This document shows, in pieces, positions 51,600-64,000 of a DNA stretch of 64,000 nucleotides (position 1 is its first letter; each line of letters starts with the position of its first letter). Position numbers and translations under genes: made by a program. Location of the stretch: positions 4,259,434 through 4,323,433 of the forward strand of contig MU053994.1 of the NCBI GenBank assembly GCA_013239625.1, read 5' to 3'. The notes under the pieces are model-generated. The model saw only the letters and a list, made by a program, of their open reading frames with translations, was not told the DNA's origin and made no database searches. The stretch is from Lama guanicoe (lineage: Eukaryota).

Positions 51600-52100
51600 A
51601 ATGAATAAAATATTTATAACATATATGACAGACAAGGCTTTGATATCTTTAATATAGAAGGAACTCTTCTAAAATAATGAGAAATGACAAATTGCTGTAG
51701 TGGAAAAATGAGCACAACATACAAACTGTCATTTCACATAATAAGAAATACTATGGCCAACAGGCATATAAGATATTCAAACTCACTAGTAATAAAGAAT
51801 GCAAATTAAGACTTCTTGCTTCTGGCCAAGATGCAATAATGGGGACTGGATTTACCCTTACACCTGAAACAACAAAGTAAATGAGAAATAAATATATGAA
51901 ATGACAGTAATCAAGACACTGGATATCAAGCAAGAAAGGACAATGATCCCTATGAGGTGGGAAACAAATGAGGTGACTCCTGTGATTACCCAGCTCACTG
52001 ACTGAAGAGAGTTTCCTGCCTGTGGCACATGGAGAGGCAACCTGGACGGAACACAGCAAACTCCTTGAGTCAGTCATGATCAAGCACTTTTACTCCTTCA

Positions 52101-52147
<47 letters not shown>

Positions 52148-52540
52148 AATGCATGTATATGTGCACACACATATAAGTGTAAGAATGTTCATAGCTCAAA
52201 AATAGAAATGCCTCAAATGCCTACAACCAAAAAAATAGATTATAATCTATGGTATATATTAATATAATGGAATAGTATATAGCAAAGAAAATTAATAAAC
52301 TACTTGCTACATCTAATAACATAGATGAATCTCAGAACAAAGTTGAGCGAAAAAACAGACACATATAAATGCCAACCATATGATTTCATTTTTAGAATGC
52401 TCAAAATGACACAAATCCAATATATTATAGATAAGTATAGTGATTATCTTTGGAGAGGATGCAGGATTTTTAGAGACTGGGATGTGACAATATGACACAG
52501 GATCATTCCTGTGGTACTGGTAATACTCTCCTTAATCTTT
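51600..52540 (+). mobile_element. Ancient L1 fragments (ORF2 end/3'UTR plus a 5'-end piece at ~51810-52070)
   Basis: actcactagtaataaagaatgcaaatt; gcttctggccaagatg; aacatagatgaatctcagaa. Confidence 0.65.
52104..52145. repeat. (AT)n microsatellite
   Basis: About 21 uninterrupted units. Confidence 0.95.
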
Positions 52541-53344
52541 CTCCATCTGATGGTGACTGTTAAAGTGCTACGTAGCAGATTGTCAGATCTAAAGGTGCTA
52601 ATGTTTATTTCCCTATGTTTTTGCCACTTCCTTTTACATTAAAGTCAATAAAGTACAACTATTTTGATTTATTGATACTAATGAACTATAAATACTGCCT
52701 AGGAAAACCAATGATAAGTACAGAACATGCAAACTGCCTTCCCAGGGAAGTGGAACTTTCAGGTTTAGGGAACCTTCACCCACTGCTGGGCTTCAGACAT
52801 AGTGGGCATGTAGCCCTCCTGGAAAGAGTCCTACAGAATAACTTGCATAAGAATTATGAGCTTGAGCCAAGTGGCATGAATAATTTGAAAACAGAGAATA
52901 AGGAACTGAGTTGGAGTTTCTTTCCATTATTAATTCATCTGTGGATCAGTGTCGAGGAAAAAACACTGTAAGTAGAAGATAAAGGAGATATTTTCTTGAG
53001 CTTTCCCTACTTTCTTGTCACCTAAGTGTCCCAAAGCATTTGGTTTAATCATTTCAAGATCTCTATAACTTTGAAATGGTATTTCAAGCTTTTCAGTGTA
53101 CGTATTTGCTTCTTTATTATCAATGCCTGTTACTGTACATAGCATGTAGCAAAAATTCAACCAATGCAAATGAATTCCATGGAAGAAGGAAAGTAAGATG
53201 GATAGAAGAAAAGGAAGGAGTAGCATGTTTCATAGGAGTTTTGAAGAAATTGATGGAATGGTGGTGACTCAGTATTTGAAATGATGATGATAGTCTCCAA
53301 AGTTGAAGAAACACATGGGTCTGCGTATCAAAAGGCATTTAAAG

Positions 53345-54006
53345 TGAGACAGGAGGGAAGGGGGCAGGGCACAGCCACTCAAGGAATGACACAGCAATTA
53401 ACACCAAAATGGTGGAAGACTGAAATCCCAGTACGCCTTGAGGCTCAGGATGCTGGGAGATTTGACTTCCAGTAGACCTTGAGCTTCATAAGCTCATTGT
53501 AATATATTAACATGGTAAATGACACTCCCACAGGCACCATGACAGCTTTGAGGCTGACCATAAAAGGTCAAAGAGTGGGTGGTGGCCCAATTCCTGGGAA
53601 TCCCAGTCCCTTTACCAGGGTAGTTGGAATGGTCCTCCCACTTGTTGGCGTGTGAAGCTACCGAGCCCATAAAAACTGACAACACTTAAACTTGCAGCCG
53701 CCTCTCTTGTTCCCTCATCTTTGGAGACAGCCCACACTCTGTCTATGGAATGTGTATCTACTTTTACTTTAACTTGAGCACCCAACCCCCACACCTCATG
53801 GCCTTTCTCTCGCCTTCTGAGACAGCCTACACTCTATGCAGTATGTACCTCTCTAAATATATCTATCTTTACTCAACTGTGGCTCACTCTTGAATTCTTT
53901 CCTGCATGAAGCCAAGGACCCACACTTGGTGGGGCATGTCCCAGGGATTCATCTGAGACCTGGGACATGGCCTTCCTCATGCCCCACATTCATTTTTTCT
54001 GTATCA
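53345..54006 (+). mobile_element. ERV1 solo LTR, MER41-like
   Basis: TG...CA termini, 4-bp TSD aaag (53341-53344, 54007-54010); gacactcccacaggcaccatgacag resembles the MER41 core. Confidence 0.85.
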
Positions 54007-54879
54007 AAAGTACCAAACAAAATGAGTAAAAATAAATTTTCTATAAACATCTTAGTGAAACTAGAGAAAGCAAGGATATAGTTGAAAACTTTAAAAGCTA
54101 CAAGAGAGAAAAAGAGAAAGAGAGAAAAGAGAAGAAGAATGCTTTCTCAGAAAAAAAGGAATACACTTTGGTCAAGATGGTATTGTAAGAATATGCTTTG
54201 AGCTTCAAGCACACTGAAGTGATGGGTAAAATACCAAGAAAGGGAAGTAAAAAGATATAACTGGGCTTATGGGCAAGATAAATGTCTCAAGAAATAAAAA
54301 ATGAAACAAGAAGCAGAATAGTGAGCAGGGCTGAAGCCACAAACTAGCTGGATCCTAGGATTGAAAGCAGAGATGACTGGCTGCTTAGTAAAGAAACACA
54401 ACAAAGAATTAAAATCTCCATTGAAACAGGCAGTCACAATCAAGGCCCCTCCCTGAAAACATCCCTCCTGAAAGGAGGTTGAAAACTGCTTCTGTCAGCT
54501 TCTAACTAGGGCTTCAGCTCTGGAAACACAGCAGGCCTGGGGCACTGGAAGACAGAGATAAGAGCTGTCAGCTAACCCTGTAACTGAGTGAGCCCTATCT
54601 CCAATCTCACCACAAGATAAGCACTGCCGATTGTCAAATTTGACCTAGTTCCAGATGGAGAGACTAGGTGGCTTGAGACTAGGAGGGATAAAGGGAGAGA
54701 GACAGCAAGAAAGAAAAAAACAAACAAATGACCTAAATAGACCTACGATGTTTGGGTGGGATGGGGCCATCATCCCTATTGCTGTCAACGAGCCAAACCA
54801 CGTGATCACTTCTAACATTAGGTCCTGCTCTACAGAAGGTAGCCACCACAGAACTCCTTAGCAGAGCTAGTGCTCTTCC

Positions 54880-56585
54880 CAAAAGTGCTCCTCTGATGCC
54901 TTTGGTAAATACTCTGCCCATCTGGGCCTTCCCATAAAATAGAAACCTCTCGTGGATCTTCCAGCTTCACACTAATACATCCATTCCAGCAGGCCCACTT
55001 CACTGACTCTTTTCATTCCTTTCTCTACTCATTGCCATGGCAACTCAGGCACTTCCACTTTGTTTAGCTGTCACTTAGGACTGTCACTTGGGCTCCAAAG
55101 GGTAGTATCTACTAGTATCAACTTTGCCGCACCCCTTGGGGTTCTTGCCCAGGTATTATTTCCTTTGTCCTGAGAGAGTATCCCTAAGTAAGTCAGTGAA
55201 CTCTTGCTTCTCCTTTATTATATTCTGCCTCATTTGATCAAACACCCTCAAAACCCAATCCCATGTGTACTCCCCTGGCTCATGCCGGTAAATGTTAGCC
55301 AATTCTTGAAGCTCCTTTTGGGTGCAATCTTTTTCTTCCCTTACCGAGCCCAGCATAACCCCAGTTCGTACATGTTAGGACTTAACCCAAGTTTTCAGTC
55401 TGGCACCCAGAAGGGAGGTGAAGATAGCTTCTGACGGGAGCATCTTTCGTCCTACAGGAGAGAGGCCTGTTTAAGTATTTTCCCGCAAGGGGGAAACTGC
55501 TCCCTTTTAAATGAGGTGGGCTAGGCCACCTCTGCAAGGCTCCTGAGGGTTCAGGGGGGCCTGCTTAGCCCTAACCCTTGGAAACACCCACCCAGAAGTC
55601 TAGATCCCATGTGTTAGGTGTTGTGGACACAACACAGCAGCCGGTTGGCGACATGGTGACATGTAGGTTGGTAAAAGAATTTACCAAAGTATGAGAATAG
55701 AAAAGGAATTTATTAGGGGTACACTGCCATAGAAAACAGTGGACCACACAGAATAGAGGTGCCTGTGTGAGCACTGAGGGCCGGTTGTTGGGGTCTTTTG
55801 TTAGGTTGGACCACAAGGTGCCTGATTGGTTTGTGCTCATGTCTCTGATTGGCTGTAGGTGAGGTAAGAGGTTTAGGGTCCGTGAAGGGGTGGTGGGTTT
55901 TATGACTCTGGTAAGGTGGGCTGAGAAAAGCCAGCCTGAGCTAGTGTGAGATTAGGCATTACCTAGGGCTGTTAGTTTGTTAGGGCAAACACGCCCAATA
56001 AAGACTGTACTTTATCTATTGAAGGCTCACAGGCAGACATCTGAGAGCCCAGAAATGGGGGTCATTGGACTTTGAAGGATGTCAGTTGGCCCAACATTAG
56101 GGTTCCAGGTTTTTCCAAGCAGGGCCTTGACCTTTGTATAACAGATCTACCTTGACCGAGCATGGATTTGTCTTTGAAGCTCCTCAACCTTCACTCACAT
56201 ATTCTGGTATTTTTCCTCAGCTGGTGTGTCTCTGCCAAAGAAGATCTCTGGTTCTCACATTTAGTATTTATTTTTTAAATGCCTTCATTTGCTCATAATC
56301 ACTCTGTAGGGTTTCAGTGCAACTTAGTGATAATTGTCCAAGCTCGTTGCCCTTGTATACACTGTTCACCCCAGACCTTTCCAATGCTTGTAATATCTCA
56401 TTGGTCATGGTGTTCCCCTTCATCAGGATGTTTTTCCAAGTCATTGCCAGTGAAAGTTTTAGCAATTGCGCTGCCGTATCCCACATATCACTTGGGTGGG
56501 ATTCTTTCTTTAGCCAAGTAGTGAATTAATAAAATCTCCAAAACCCATCTTAATGCATGCTTTCTTGGACCGTTTATGATAATGA
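54880..56585 (-). mobile_element. ERVL-class internal remnant (ERV3-16A3_I-like gag)
   Basis: ORF 55156-55356 CTQKELQELANIYRHEPGEYTWDWVLRVFDQ is homologous to the ERVL Gag motif also seen near 28400. Confidence 0.75.
55619..56096 (-). mobile_element. Younger solo LTR nested in ERVL gag
   Basis: tgttg...caaca termini, 5-bp TSD ttagg (55614-55618, 56097-56101); minus-strand CCAAT boxes and AATAAA. Confidence 0.85.
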
Positions 56586-56587
56586 AT

Positions 56588-57052
56588 TATGTTAGTTGAG
56601 GCCTTTTGGTAAGCAGATGCTAAGATAGAATTAGCAGTGCTAGAGATTTATTGTGGTTAACACCTCTGAGAGATAAGAGAAGGAACAGGAGTAAACAGGG
56701 AAAGTATTCATGCTGCAAAGAATATGACACCTGATGAAGGAGAGAGGCAAGGGATTATGTAGGAAGAGACTCCAACTGAAGTGCGTCTCTGAGGATGACC
56801 AGTGCAACAGGTACTCCAGAGCAAAGGTTGCTAGAAGTTCTACCTTGGGTAGAGTTGTCCACGCGCTGGCACCCCTATTATGCTCTGTCTGTGGTTGGAG
56901 CTGCCTGAGGAAAGTGTGCCCCTGGATTTACACACTGCAGTGGATCTCAGAGGTGCTGCAGCTGGAGGCTGTCAGCTGATTGTGTACCTCCCACCAAGTT
57001 TTCTCTAAATGTAGATCTGAGGATCTGAGTGGCCCCCTTTCATGGCTGCCGC
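56588..57052 (-). mobile_element. LTR16-like ERVL LTR adjoining the internal remnant
   Basis: aagcagatgctaagatagaatt...gagatttatt...gctgcagctggaggctgtcagctg. Confidence 0.6.
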
Positions 57053-57089
57053 ATGATTTGAAAAAAAAAATTTTTTTTTAAATGACAGT

Positions 57090-58870
57090 GTTCAAAATAA
57101 TAAGAAAACCTATATTAAAAAAGGGCTAACAAAATATGTGCAAGCTATTCATAGAAAAATTATGAAACAGTATAGAAGGACACACAGAAGTTCTGACGAA
57201 ATGGAGAGATTGACCATATTCACGGATGAGACAAATCAATACAACAATACATCAGTTCTGCTTAAAACAAATTTTTTCATTGAATTTGCCAAGAGAATCC
57301 TAAAATTCACCTGGATTTTTTTTTTTTGGAGGGGGTTGTTTTTAGTGTCCCCAAATAGTCAATAAAAAAGTAAATGAAACAAAGTGTGGATACCTACTCT
57401 ATCAGATATTAAGATTCATTATAAAGATATAGTAATTAATCACAGTGAGTTATTGTTCCAGGGACAGACAAATAAACCCAGGGAACAGAATAAAGAGCCC
57501 ACAAACAAATGCATGCCTATATTGAAATTTGATGTGTGACAGAATCATCATTACAAATCAATGGTAAAAGGTAGACTAGTCCATAAATCATGCTGGGACA
57601 ACAGGGTATTTTTAGCAATCCAGTGAATAACAGACTTGCAGGAAGAGTCTTCCCTCCCCCAAACTGGCTATAAGTGCCAATTAATCTAGGCACAACTACA
57701 GAACTTAATGGAAGTGAGGCTAGCCAAACAGAGCCAGAGCAGATGCTGCATAAATTGGAATGGCTTTTTCATTTTCCTCTTCCCCTAAAGTCATGAAGTA
57801 TGAATACCTGCCGGAGACGATCTCAGAGCAGAAACTGACCAAATTCTGGCTCTGCCGCTGCCTTTGTTGCACTTGAGCTCACTTCCCGCCCCGAGAACTT
57901 TCAACAACAACCTGGTGCATCTGCTTAAGGAATATTCACACAAAAAATGGGTCTGTTTTTATTAAATTACATTCAGCAAGGACAAAGTCAATCCTTTGTT
58001 CAGTGAAAGAAGGAAGGATCATGGCCCAAATCAATAACTTTGCCTCTATCTTTCCGGGATACTGAGAGCCTCTTTCTCCACAGATCACCCCTTGGCTTTC
58101 TTTTAATATCCTTTTACCTCAGTGGATCTGCCACTACTTTTTCTCTGTGGGCCAGGATCTCACATTCTTTCCCCACAGGAATCTATAAAAAAGTAACAAC
58201 TAAATATAATAAAAACTTTACAGTATTATTTAAAAACAAGTTCCAAATAAAATTAAACCCCAAATACGAACAACAAACTACAATTTCAAAATGACTAGTA
58301 GGAGAATATATGTGTGACTTCAGATTTGAGAAGAGTTTGAAAGCTACAAAGAAAAAACTTTCTAAGGCAAAGTATTAATACATTTTGACTCAATATTTAA
58401 AAATTGTTATACAACAAGAGACCATTAGAAGAGTGAAAAGATTAGAGACAAGGTACAGACTGGGGGAAGATATTTGCAATGCATGCAAATAGCAAAGGAG
58501 TAGCTTCCAAAATGTATTTTAATGCCTACAAATTAATAAATAACACACATAACCCACAGCTATATGAGCATAGAACAAACAATTAACAGAAGAGGAAATT
58601 CCAATGGCCAATATATTTTTTAAAAAAAAGTCTCCCACCTTGCTATATCAGGAAAAAAATTTAGAAACCAGTGAGATATCATGTCACAGCTATCTGATTG
58701 GCCACAAAAACCCATTATGTCTGCTAATATTATTTCTTGATGAGGATGTAGAGAAACATTAACTTGAGAACACTGCCAGTGAGTGTTTAGATTGATAACA
58801 CTACTTTGAGAGGTGATTTATCAATGGTTAGAAAAGTTGAAGATGCAACCCAGTAATTTCACTTCTAATT
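57090..58870 (+). mobile_element. Ancient L1 ORF2 3' fragments (discontinuous)
   Basis: tcctaaaattcacctgga; gggaacagaataaagagcccacaaacaaa; gactgggggaagatatttgcaa. Confidence 0.7.
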
Positions 58871-59308
58871 GTTTTCTAGTAAACACTAGCGTCAGGAAGT
58901 AAATATTTTCATGTTTCAGCACTGACTTCCTAAGCAAAGAAAATTGACACGCTAGAGAATGTCTCCTTTACCCTGGACCCACTGGCTCCTCACATTCCTA
59001 GGGTATTAGACTTGGAGCCAAATGCACCCATTCAAAGTGTAATAAAACTTAACCTCCCTTGGAGCCATGCAGACATCCCAGGCTGAGGATGAAAAGCCCT
59101 TGTGAAACCTTCCAGATTCTCTTCGCTACTGACAGTAAGTGTGCAGGGCATGTGTTGAGCAGAACCTCAAGTCAAAGCAGGGGCGGAATTGCTGAGTTAT
59201 TCCAGGGAAAACAGTTGCCTTGGAGGGTCTTCTAACCTACACCGGACTCTGTGCGTAAGACATAAAAGTTATGTGATAAGCCACTAGGATTTAAGGGTTG
59301 TTTATAAC

Positions 59309-59803
59309 TGTCAACTGAAATAAATGCACAGCCTAAAATTTGAGAGTTATGTTTTATTTGGCGGACATTTCTGAGGATTAGAACCCTCTTTGAGCCCAGG
59401 GTGACAGCCTCTCAGATCGCTCTGAGGGACTGCTCCAAAGAGGTAGGGGAGGAGCTAGGATGTATAGGAGCTTTACAACAAAGACCAGGTAGTTGGAATG
59501 TTAAAAAAATTATTGGTTAACTAAAGAAAACCAGGCATCTCAAAGAATTTAGTGCTTTTCTATGTATGGGAGGGAGCAAACAGGTGGGCTCATTGAATTC
59601 ATTCCTCTGGCAAGCACCTGGCTATCTAGGGCCAGTATCCTGGCCTTTCTTATTCTGAGTCCCCTCAGGGCGCACCATGGTGAGTGGCTGCAGGGCCCGG
59701 GCTGCAGGCTTGTCTTCCCTGGGGGGTGGCGGCAGCCGCTGATGACTTGATGGCTTCAGCGTTCTTTGTCTACTGATGTGGTTTGCAGTATTTTTTGTTC
59801 ATA
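59309..59803 (-). mobile_element. ERV1-class solo LTR, copy A, inserted in a MaLR LTR
   Basis: 4-bp TSD taac (59305-59308, 59804-59807); reverse complement of copy B along its length. Confidence 0.92.
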
Positions 59804-60369
59804 TAACCAAAGTCTAAGCTTAGCTTGATCCTAATACAATAATGTTATCCATTTTAATGACTTTTTCAAACAATAAGCTCTTTGATTTATTTGTTAAATA
59901 TAGTAGTTCTGTTTCCTATATCAACAATTTCTGCTTTTGCTTCATTTCCTTTCTGCATCCCTCAGGCTCAATCTGCTCTTTTTCTAACCTACTGAGCTTG
60001 ATTAATCTATTTTATTTTTTCTTGATTATTAATATAAACTTTTAGGGCAAATATTTTTTTTCTCTGAGTAAGGCTTTAATTTTTATCTGATATATAGCAT
60101 TTATATAATTGTATTTATTTATTTTTGAAGTGGATTTTCCCCTCCTTATATCCGTTGTTTAGGAAAGAAGTTGTATTTTATTTCAGAGGTGGTAATTTTT
60201 TTTCTTTTTGTCTTTGTTGTTAATTTCAACTTTTGTGTTATTGTGATCAGGGAGTATTTTCTGCTTCTGTACATGCCAAAATAAGTCAACCTTATGTATC
60301 ATATTGTACTAATCTTTTAGAACCTTATTGTTTTTTCTTTCCAGCTTGTTCTAATACAAGATTGACCCC

Positions 60370-61950
60370 AACAGTGATAGACAGTGCGTTATTTAGAAAG
60401 GCACACAAAATATTTTCCCAAATTTACCATATGTTGGGCCACAGAATAAATATCAAAGGAATGTAATCACTCAGCATATGTGGAAGTAAGCCAGACATCA
60501 TTAACAAAAAGATAACCAGAAATTCCGCTTGTGTTTGGAAATATAGCAATATTCGTTTAAATAGACAATAAGTCAAAGAAGCAATTGCAGTAGAAGTTAG
60601 AGAATATTCCAAACTGAATAATTAAAATACCAGCTAACTTGTGAAATACACCTAAAGCTAGGCACATAAGGGAATTTATAACCTTCAATGCATATATTCT
60701 GTTTATTCCTGAGGATATGTGAAAAAGCGCTCAACCTTATCGTTATAAAAAATGCAAATTAAAACCACAATGAGATACCACTATACACCTACCCAATGGC
60801 TAAGATGAAAAGTGAAAATGCCAAGTATCTTGAGGCTATAGAGCAACTAGAACCCTCATATATTGCTGGTACAACTGTAAATCTATTCATACAACCACTG
60901 TTGGAAACTGGGAGATTTAACTATTTACCACTGTGAACGAAAAATACTGCAAACCGTATCAGTAAACAAAGAACGCTGAAGCCATCAAGTCATCAGCGGC
61001 TGCCGCCACCCCCCAGGGAAGACAAGCCTGCAGCCCGGCCTCTGCAGCCACTCACAATGGGGCACCCTGAGGGGACTCAGAATAAGAAAGGACAGGATAC
61101 TGGCCCTAGATAGCTAGGTGCTTGTCAGAGGAATGAATTCAATGAGCCCAAATGTTTGCTTCCTCCCATACATAGAAGAGCACTAAATTCTTTAACTTGA
61201 GATGCCTGGTTTTCTTTAGTTAATGTTCCAACTACCAGGTCTTTGTAAAACTCCTATGTATCCTAGTTCCTCCCCCACCTCTTTGGAGCAGTCCCTCAGA
61301 GCCATCTGAGAGGCTGTCATCCTGGGCTCAAAGAGGGTTCCAATCCTCAGAAATGTCCGCTAAATAAAACATAACTCTCAACTTTTAGGCTGTGCATTGA
61401 TTTCAGTCGACACCACACATTACATAATCCAATCATTTCATTCCTAGATATATAACCAAAGAAATATATACATATGTGCAATGAAAGTCATGTACAAGAA
61501 TGTTCATAGCAGCATTATTTGTCATAGCTGAATCCAGGAAACAGCTCAGATATCCATCAATAGGATGGATAAATGAATTGAGTATATTTATACAAAATAT
61601 AGCAATAAAAATTAATGAACTACTGCTATGTGCAATGATACTGATGAATTGCTCACATAAATACAATGTCAGGCAAAAACATCCAGACATAAAAGAGTAC
61701 ATACTGCATGATTCCATTTATATAAAATTCAAACTTAGGCAAAATTAATTTTAGGGTGGGGAATGAAAACAGCAGTTACCTAAAGGGAAGAGAGTGGGGT
61801 TAGGGCATGGGAGGGGGCACAAAGATTATTTGTGGAGTGCTGATAAAATTCTAGTTCTTGATGTGGTTAGTAGTTCATAATGTGATTATTTCTTGAGCTG
61901 AAGCCTTGATTTATGGGGTTTTTTTTGTATTCTGCATGTCTTTAAAATGT
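60370..61950 (+). mobile_element. Ancient L1 (L1MB/MC/ME-like) fragments hosting LTR copy B
   Basis: aaatgcaaattaaaaccacaatgagataccactatacacc; agaatgttcatagcagcattatt; tactgcatgattccatttatataaa. Confidence 0.8.
60932..61412 (+). mobile_element. ERV1-class solo LTR, copy B, inserted in old L1
   Basis: tgtgaac...gtcgaca termini, 4-bp TSD ccac (60928-60931, 61413-61416), aataaa near the 3' end. Confidence 0.92.
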
Positions 61951-62209
61951 GAAACAACTGAATCAGAAACCACTATTTTGTCATACATGTTAGATACAAA
62001 AAAAAAACATTGATATGAACCAAATTTAAGTCGCAGAAACAGACACAGAAGAATGCTTAGATTAAAAAAAATAGAACAGTTCGAATTTGCAAGTGCCCTG
62101 TGCATTAACTCCCATGAGAAGCTGGAATTTATGTTATGAAAAGGGAATAATCAATCTCATACTTTAGGGTTCTGAAGTATTTTTAACTCATAACATTTCT
62201 GACACTGAA

Positions 62210-62473
62210 TGAGAGATTTTTTTTCCTCCTGACACTAAATAGCACAGTGTCTTTTCCGACACTGTTTCTCCAAATCTCTGACACCAACTAAATATCCAGA
62301 ACTTTAATTCTTGCACCAATGACCCAGAGTTAGCAGACTCCATAGCTTAAGGGCTCAATCCCACAAGCCTGACCCACTTCACACACCAGTTGCAAATATT
62401 AGACTCCCAAATTACCCATACTTCTGTCTGACTTGGCTACAAATTGGGGGTTTCCATGACCCCCACCTCAGGT
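62210..62473. mobile_element. MER21-like LTR fragment
   Basis: ttaagggctcaatcccacaag...cttctgtctgacttggctacaaattgggggtttccatgacccc. Confidence 0.7.
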
Positions 62474-62474
62474 A

Positions 62475-63710
62475 AATGCTCAAAGATGAATGGGATCATG
62501 TCAAAAAGATATAGAGGCTGCCTTGAAAGGGACCCTAATGGCAAAAAGTGAGACAATTTGAACATCTAAAAATTAAACAACAGTAATTTATTTTAGCAAA
62601 ATGAATAAATAAAAATCTACAAGTCTATAATAACATGAAGAGAAAGAGAAAGTCTTCTTTGAAAAGTATGCCAGCTAATAAATGTAAAATTTATGACAAA
62701 ATTATAAAACTACCATTTTGGAATCCCCCAGTGTAACATGTAATTCAGGAAGGATCATCAACAGATACTAAGACTATTAGATGAAAGCTATTAGGGAAGA
62801 AAATATTTACATGGTGCTAAACAATGTGTTAGCCTACAGATTACTTAGAATTGCAAAGGGGGAAAACGTACTTTCTCAGTGGAGAAACTGATAATCCCCT
62901 ACCTTAACCAAATGATCAAACCTAGCATCTACTAATTGTGGGACAACCTGGAATTATAAGCTTCTCGATGTCATGCAGTATGAAGTACACATCACTTAAT
63001 CAAGCTTCTAGAGCTAACATTCAGTCTGTATCACAGACCAAGAGAAGACAAGTTCAAGTATATTATGAAGAAATAATCAGACAAACCAAGCATTGGGGAC
63101 ATTCTCTAGGATAGCTGGCCTAGAATCTTGGTTGGAAGAGGTCATTGAGAGGATGTGACCACTGGTTGACATGGGAACTGGATCTGGGCAAGAAGGCTCC
63201 TCCCCTCTTCCCCTGCCCTTGAATGTACATAACGCCCACAGTTCCCACACTAGGAACTCTTTCAAGGACACAGCCCTGAGAGAGAGTAAGGTGTTGAAAC
63301 CATCTGAACAGTGTACACGAATGAACCCTGTTAAGGTTTCTACACAAATTTTTAAGATTCTCACGGGCAGGTGTGGAGGTCTGTTTGTTTTGTCATCGCC
63401 CAAGGCAAGCCTTTTATGTAAGTTCCCTTGCTTATTAAAATGGACACCTACCAATCTGGTGTTGTCTGCCTCTTTCTTTGGTCTCTCTTTGCCCTCTGTG
63501 TACAGGGGCCAGTGTGTGAATCTTCAAAGCTGATGTCATAAAAATGAGGGTGGGAAGAAGCATAAGAGTGAAATGCAAGGCATGAATCGTGATTGGACCC
63601 TGGTTTGAAAAAAGAAATTACGGTGGAAGACATTCTTGGGACAGTCAGAACAATCTTAACATGGACTTGATATCAGATCATATTATGGAATTATTTTTAA
63701 TATCTGTGGG
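62475..63710 (+). mobile_element. Ancient L1 (L1MC-like) 3' region split by an LTR
   Basis: cagtggagaaactg...ccttaaccaaatgatcaa; atcagacaaaccaagcattggggacattct; gtgattggaccctgg. Confidence 0.75.
63130..63517 (+). mobile_element. ERV1-class LTR (MER67-like), 3' end uncertain
   Basis: gttggaagaggtcattgagaggatgtgacc...ttttatgtaagttcccttgcttattaaa; flanked by gaatctt on both sides. Confidence 0.65.
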
Positions 63711-64000
63711 AAATTGTTCATCAGCACTAGTAATCAAAAGTCCAAAATTTTAAATTTAGACATAATTTTGCTCCCTATTTGGTTGGCACTAATTTAAAAA
63801 TTCTAAGAATTTTAATTCTAAATGATTAAAAAGAATTTTGTTGGTGTGACAAAATGGACTCTGCAATGCATGGTATCTGTCCTCGTAAACCATTTCCAGA
63901 AACTGATCTTTGAAAAATAGTCATGGATATACACACGGAAATAATCTTATGATAACCATTCTGTATTTACAGACTCAAACAATGTTTAAGAATAGGTATT

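Noticed and set aside
59309..61412. DNA transposon with long terminal inverted repeats, or a single provirus
   Set aside because: Each repeat has its own different 4-bp TSD and LTR termini, and the spacer is old MaLR and L1 sequence.
1..64000. Host protein-coding gene, CRISPR array or prokaryotic system
   Set aside because: No recognisable coding exon or repeat-spacer array; most short ORFs overlap repeats or use non-ATG starts. Small exons cannot be excluded by eye.

Overview
Placental-mammal genomic DNA, most likely camelid: two tRNA-Ala-derived SINEs match the Vic-1 type, and I saw no ruminant or pig SINEs. I recognise no host protein-coding exon, RNA gene or CRISPR-like array, so the window reads as intergenic or deep intronic. 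It is dominated by transposable elements: a full-length but inactivated ~6.8-kb LINE-1 (37770-44589, +), short L1 3' fragments, old L2 and MIR, MaLR/ERVL LTRs, ERVL internal remnants, younger solo LTRs with intact target-site duplications (TSDs), and MER58/MER20/MER5/MER2 DNA elements. The most unusual structures are: a perfect 258-bp duplication inside L1 ORF2 that replaces a native segment of about the same length; three copies of the L1 target site; a TSD-flanked 220-bp insert with no recognisable repeat (candidate orphan transduction); two same-family solo LTRs in inverted orientation 1.1 kb apart; a MER41-like LTR with STAT/NF-kB-like motifs; and an antisense ORF in the L1 5'UTR. Repeat-free tracts at about 4.7-6, 9-11.8, 13-14, 16-18 and 23-25 kb may be regulatory. 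Family names come from remembered consensus sequences, not a search, and boundaries of old repeats are approximate. I found no convincing new biological system.
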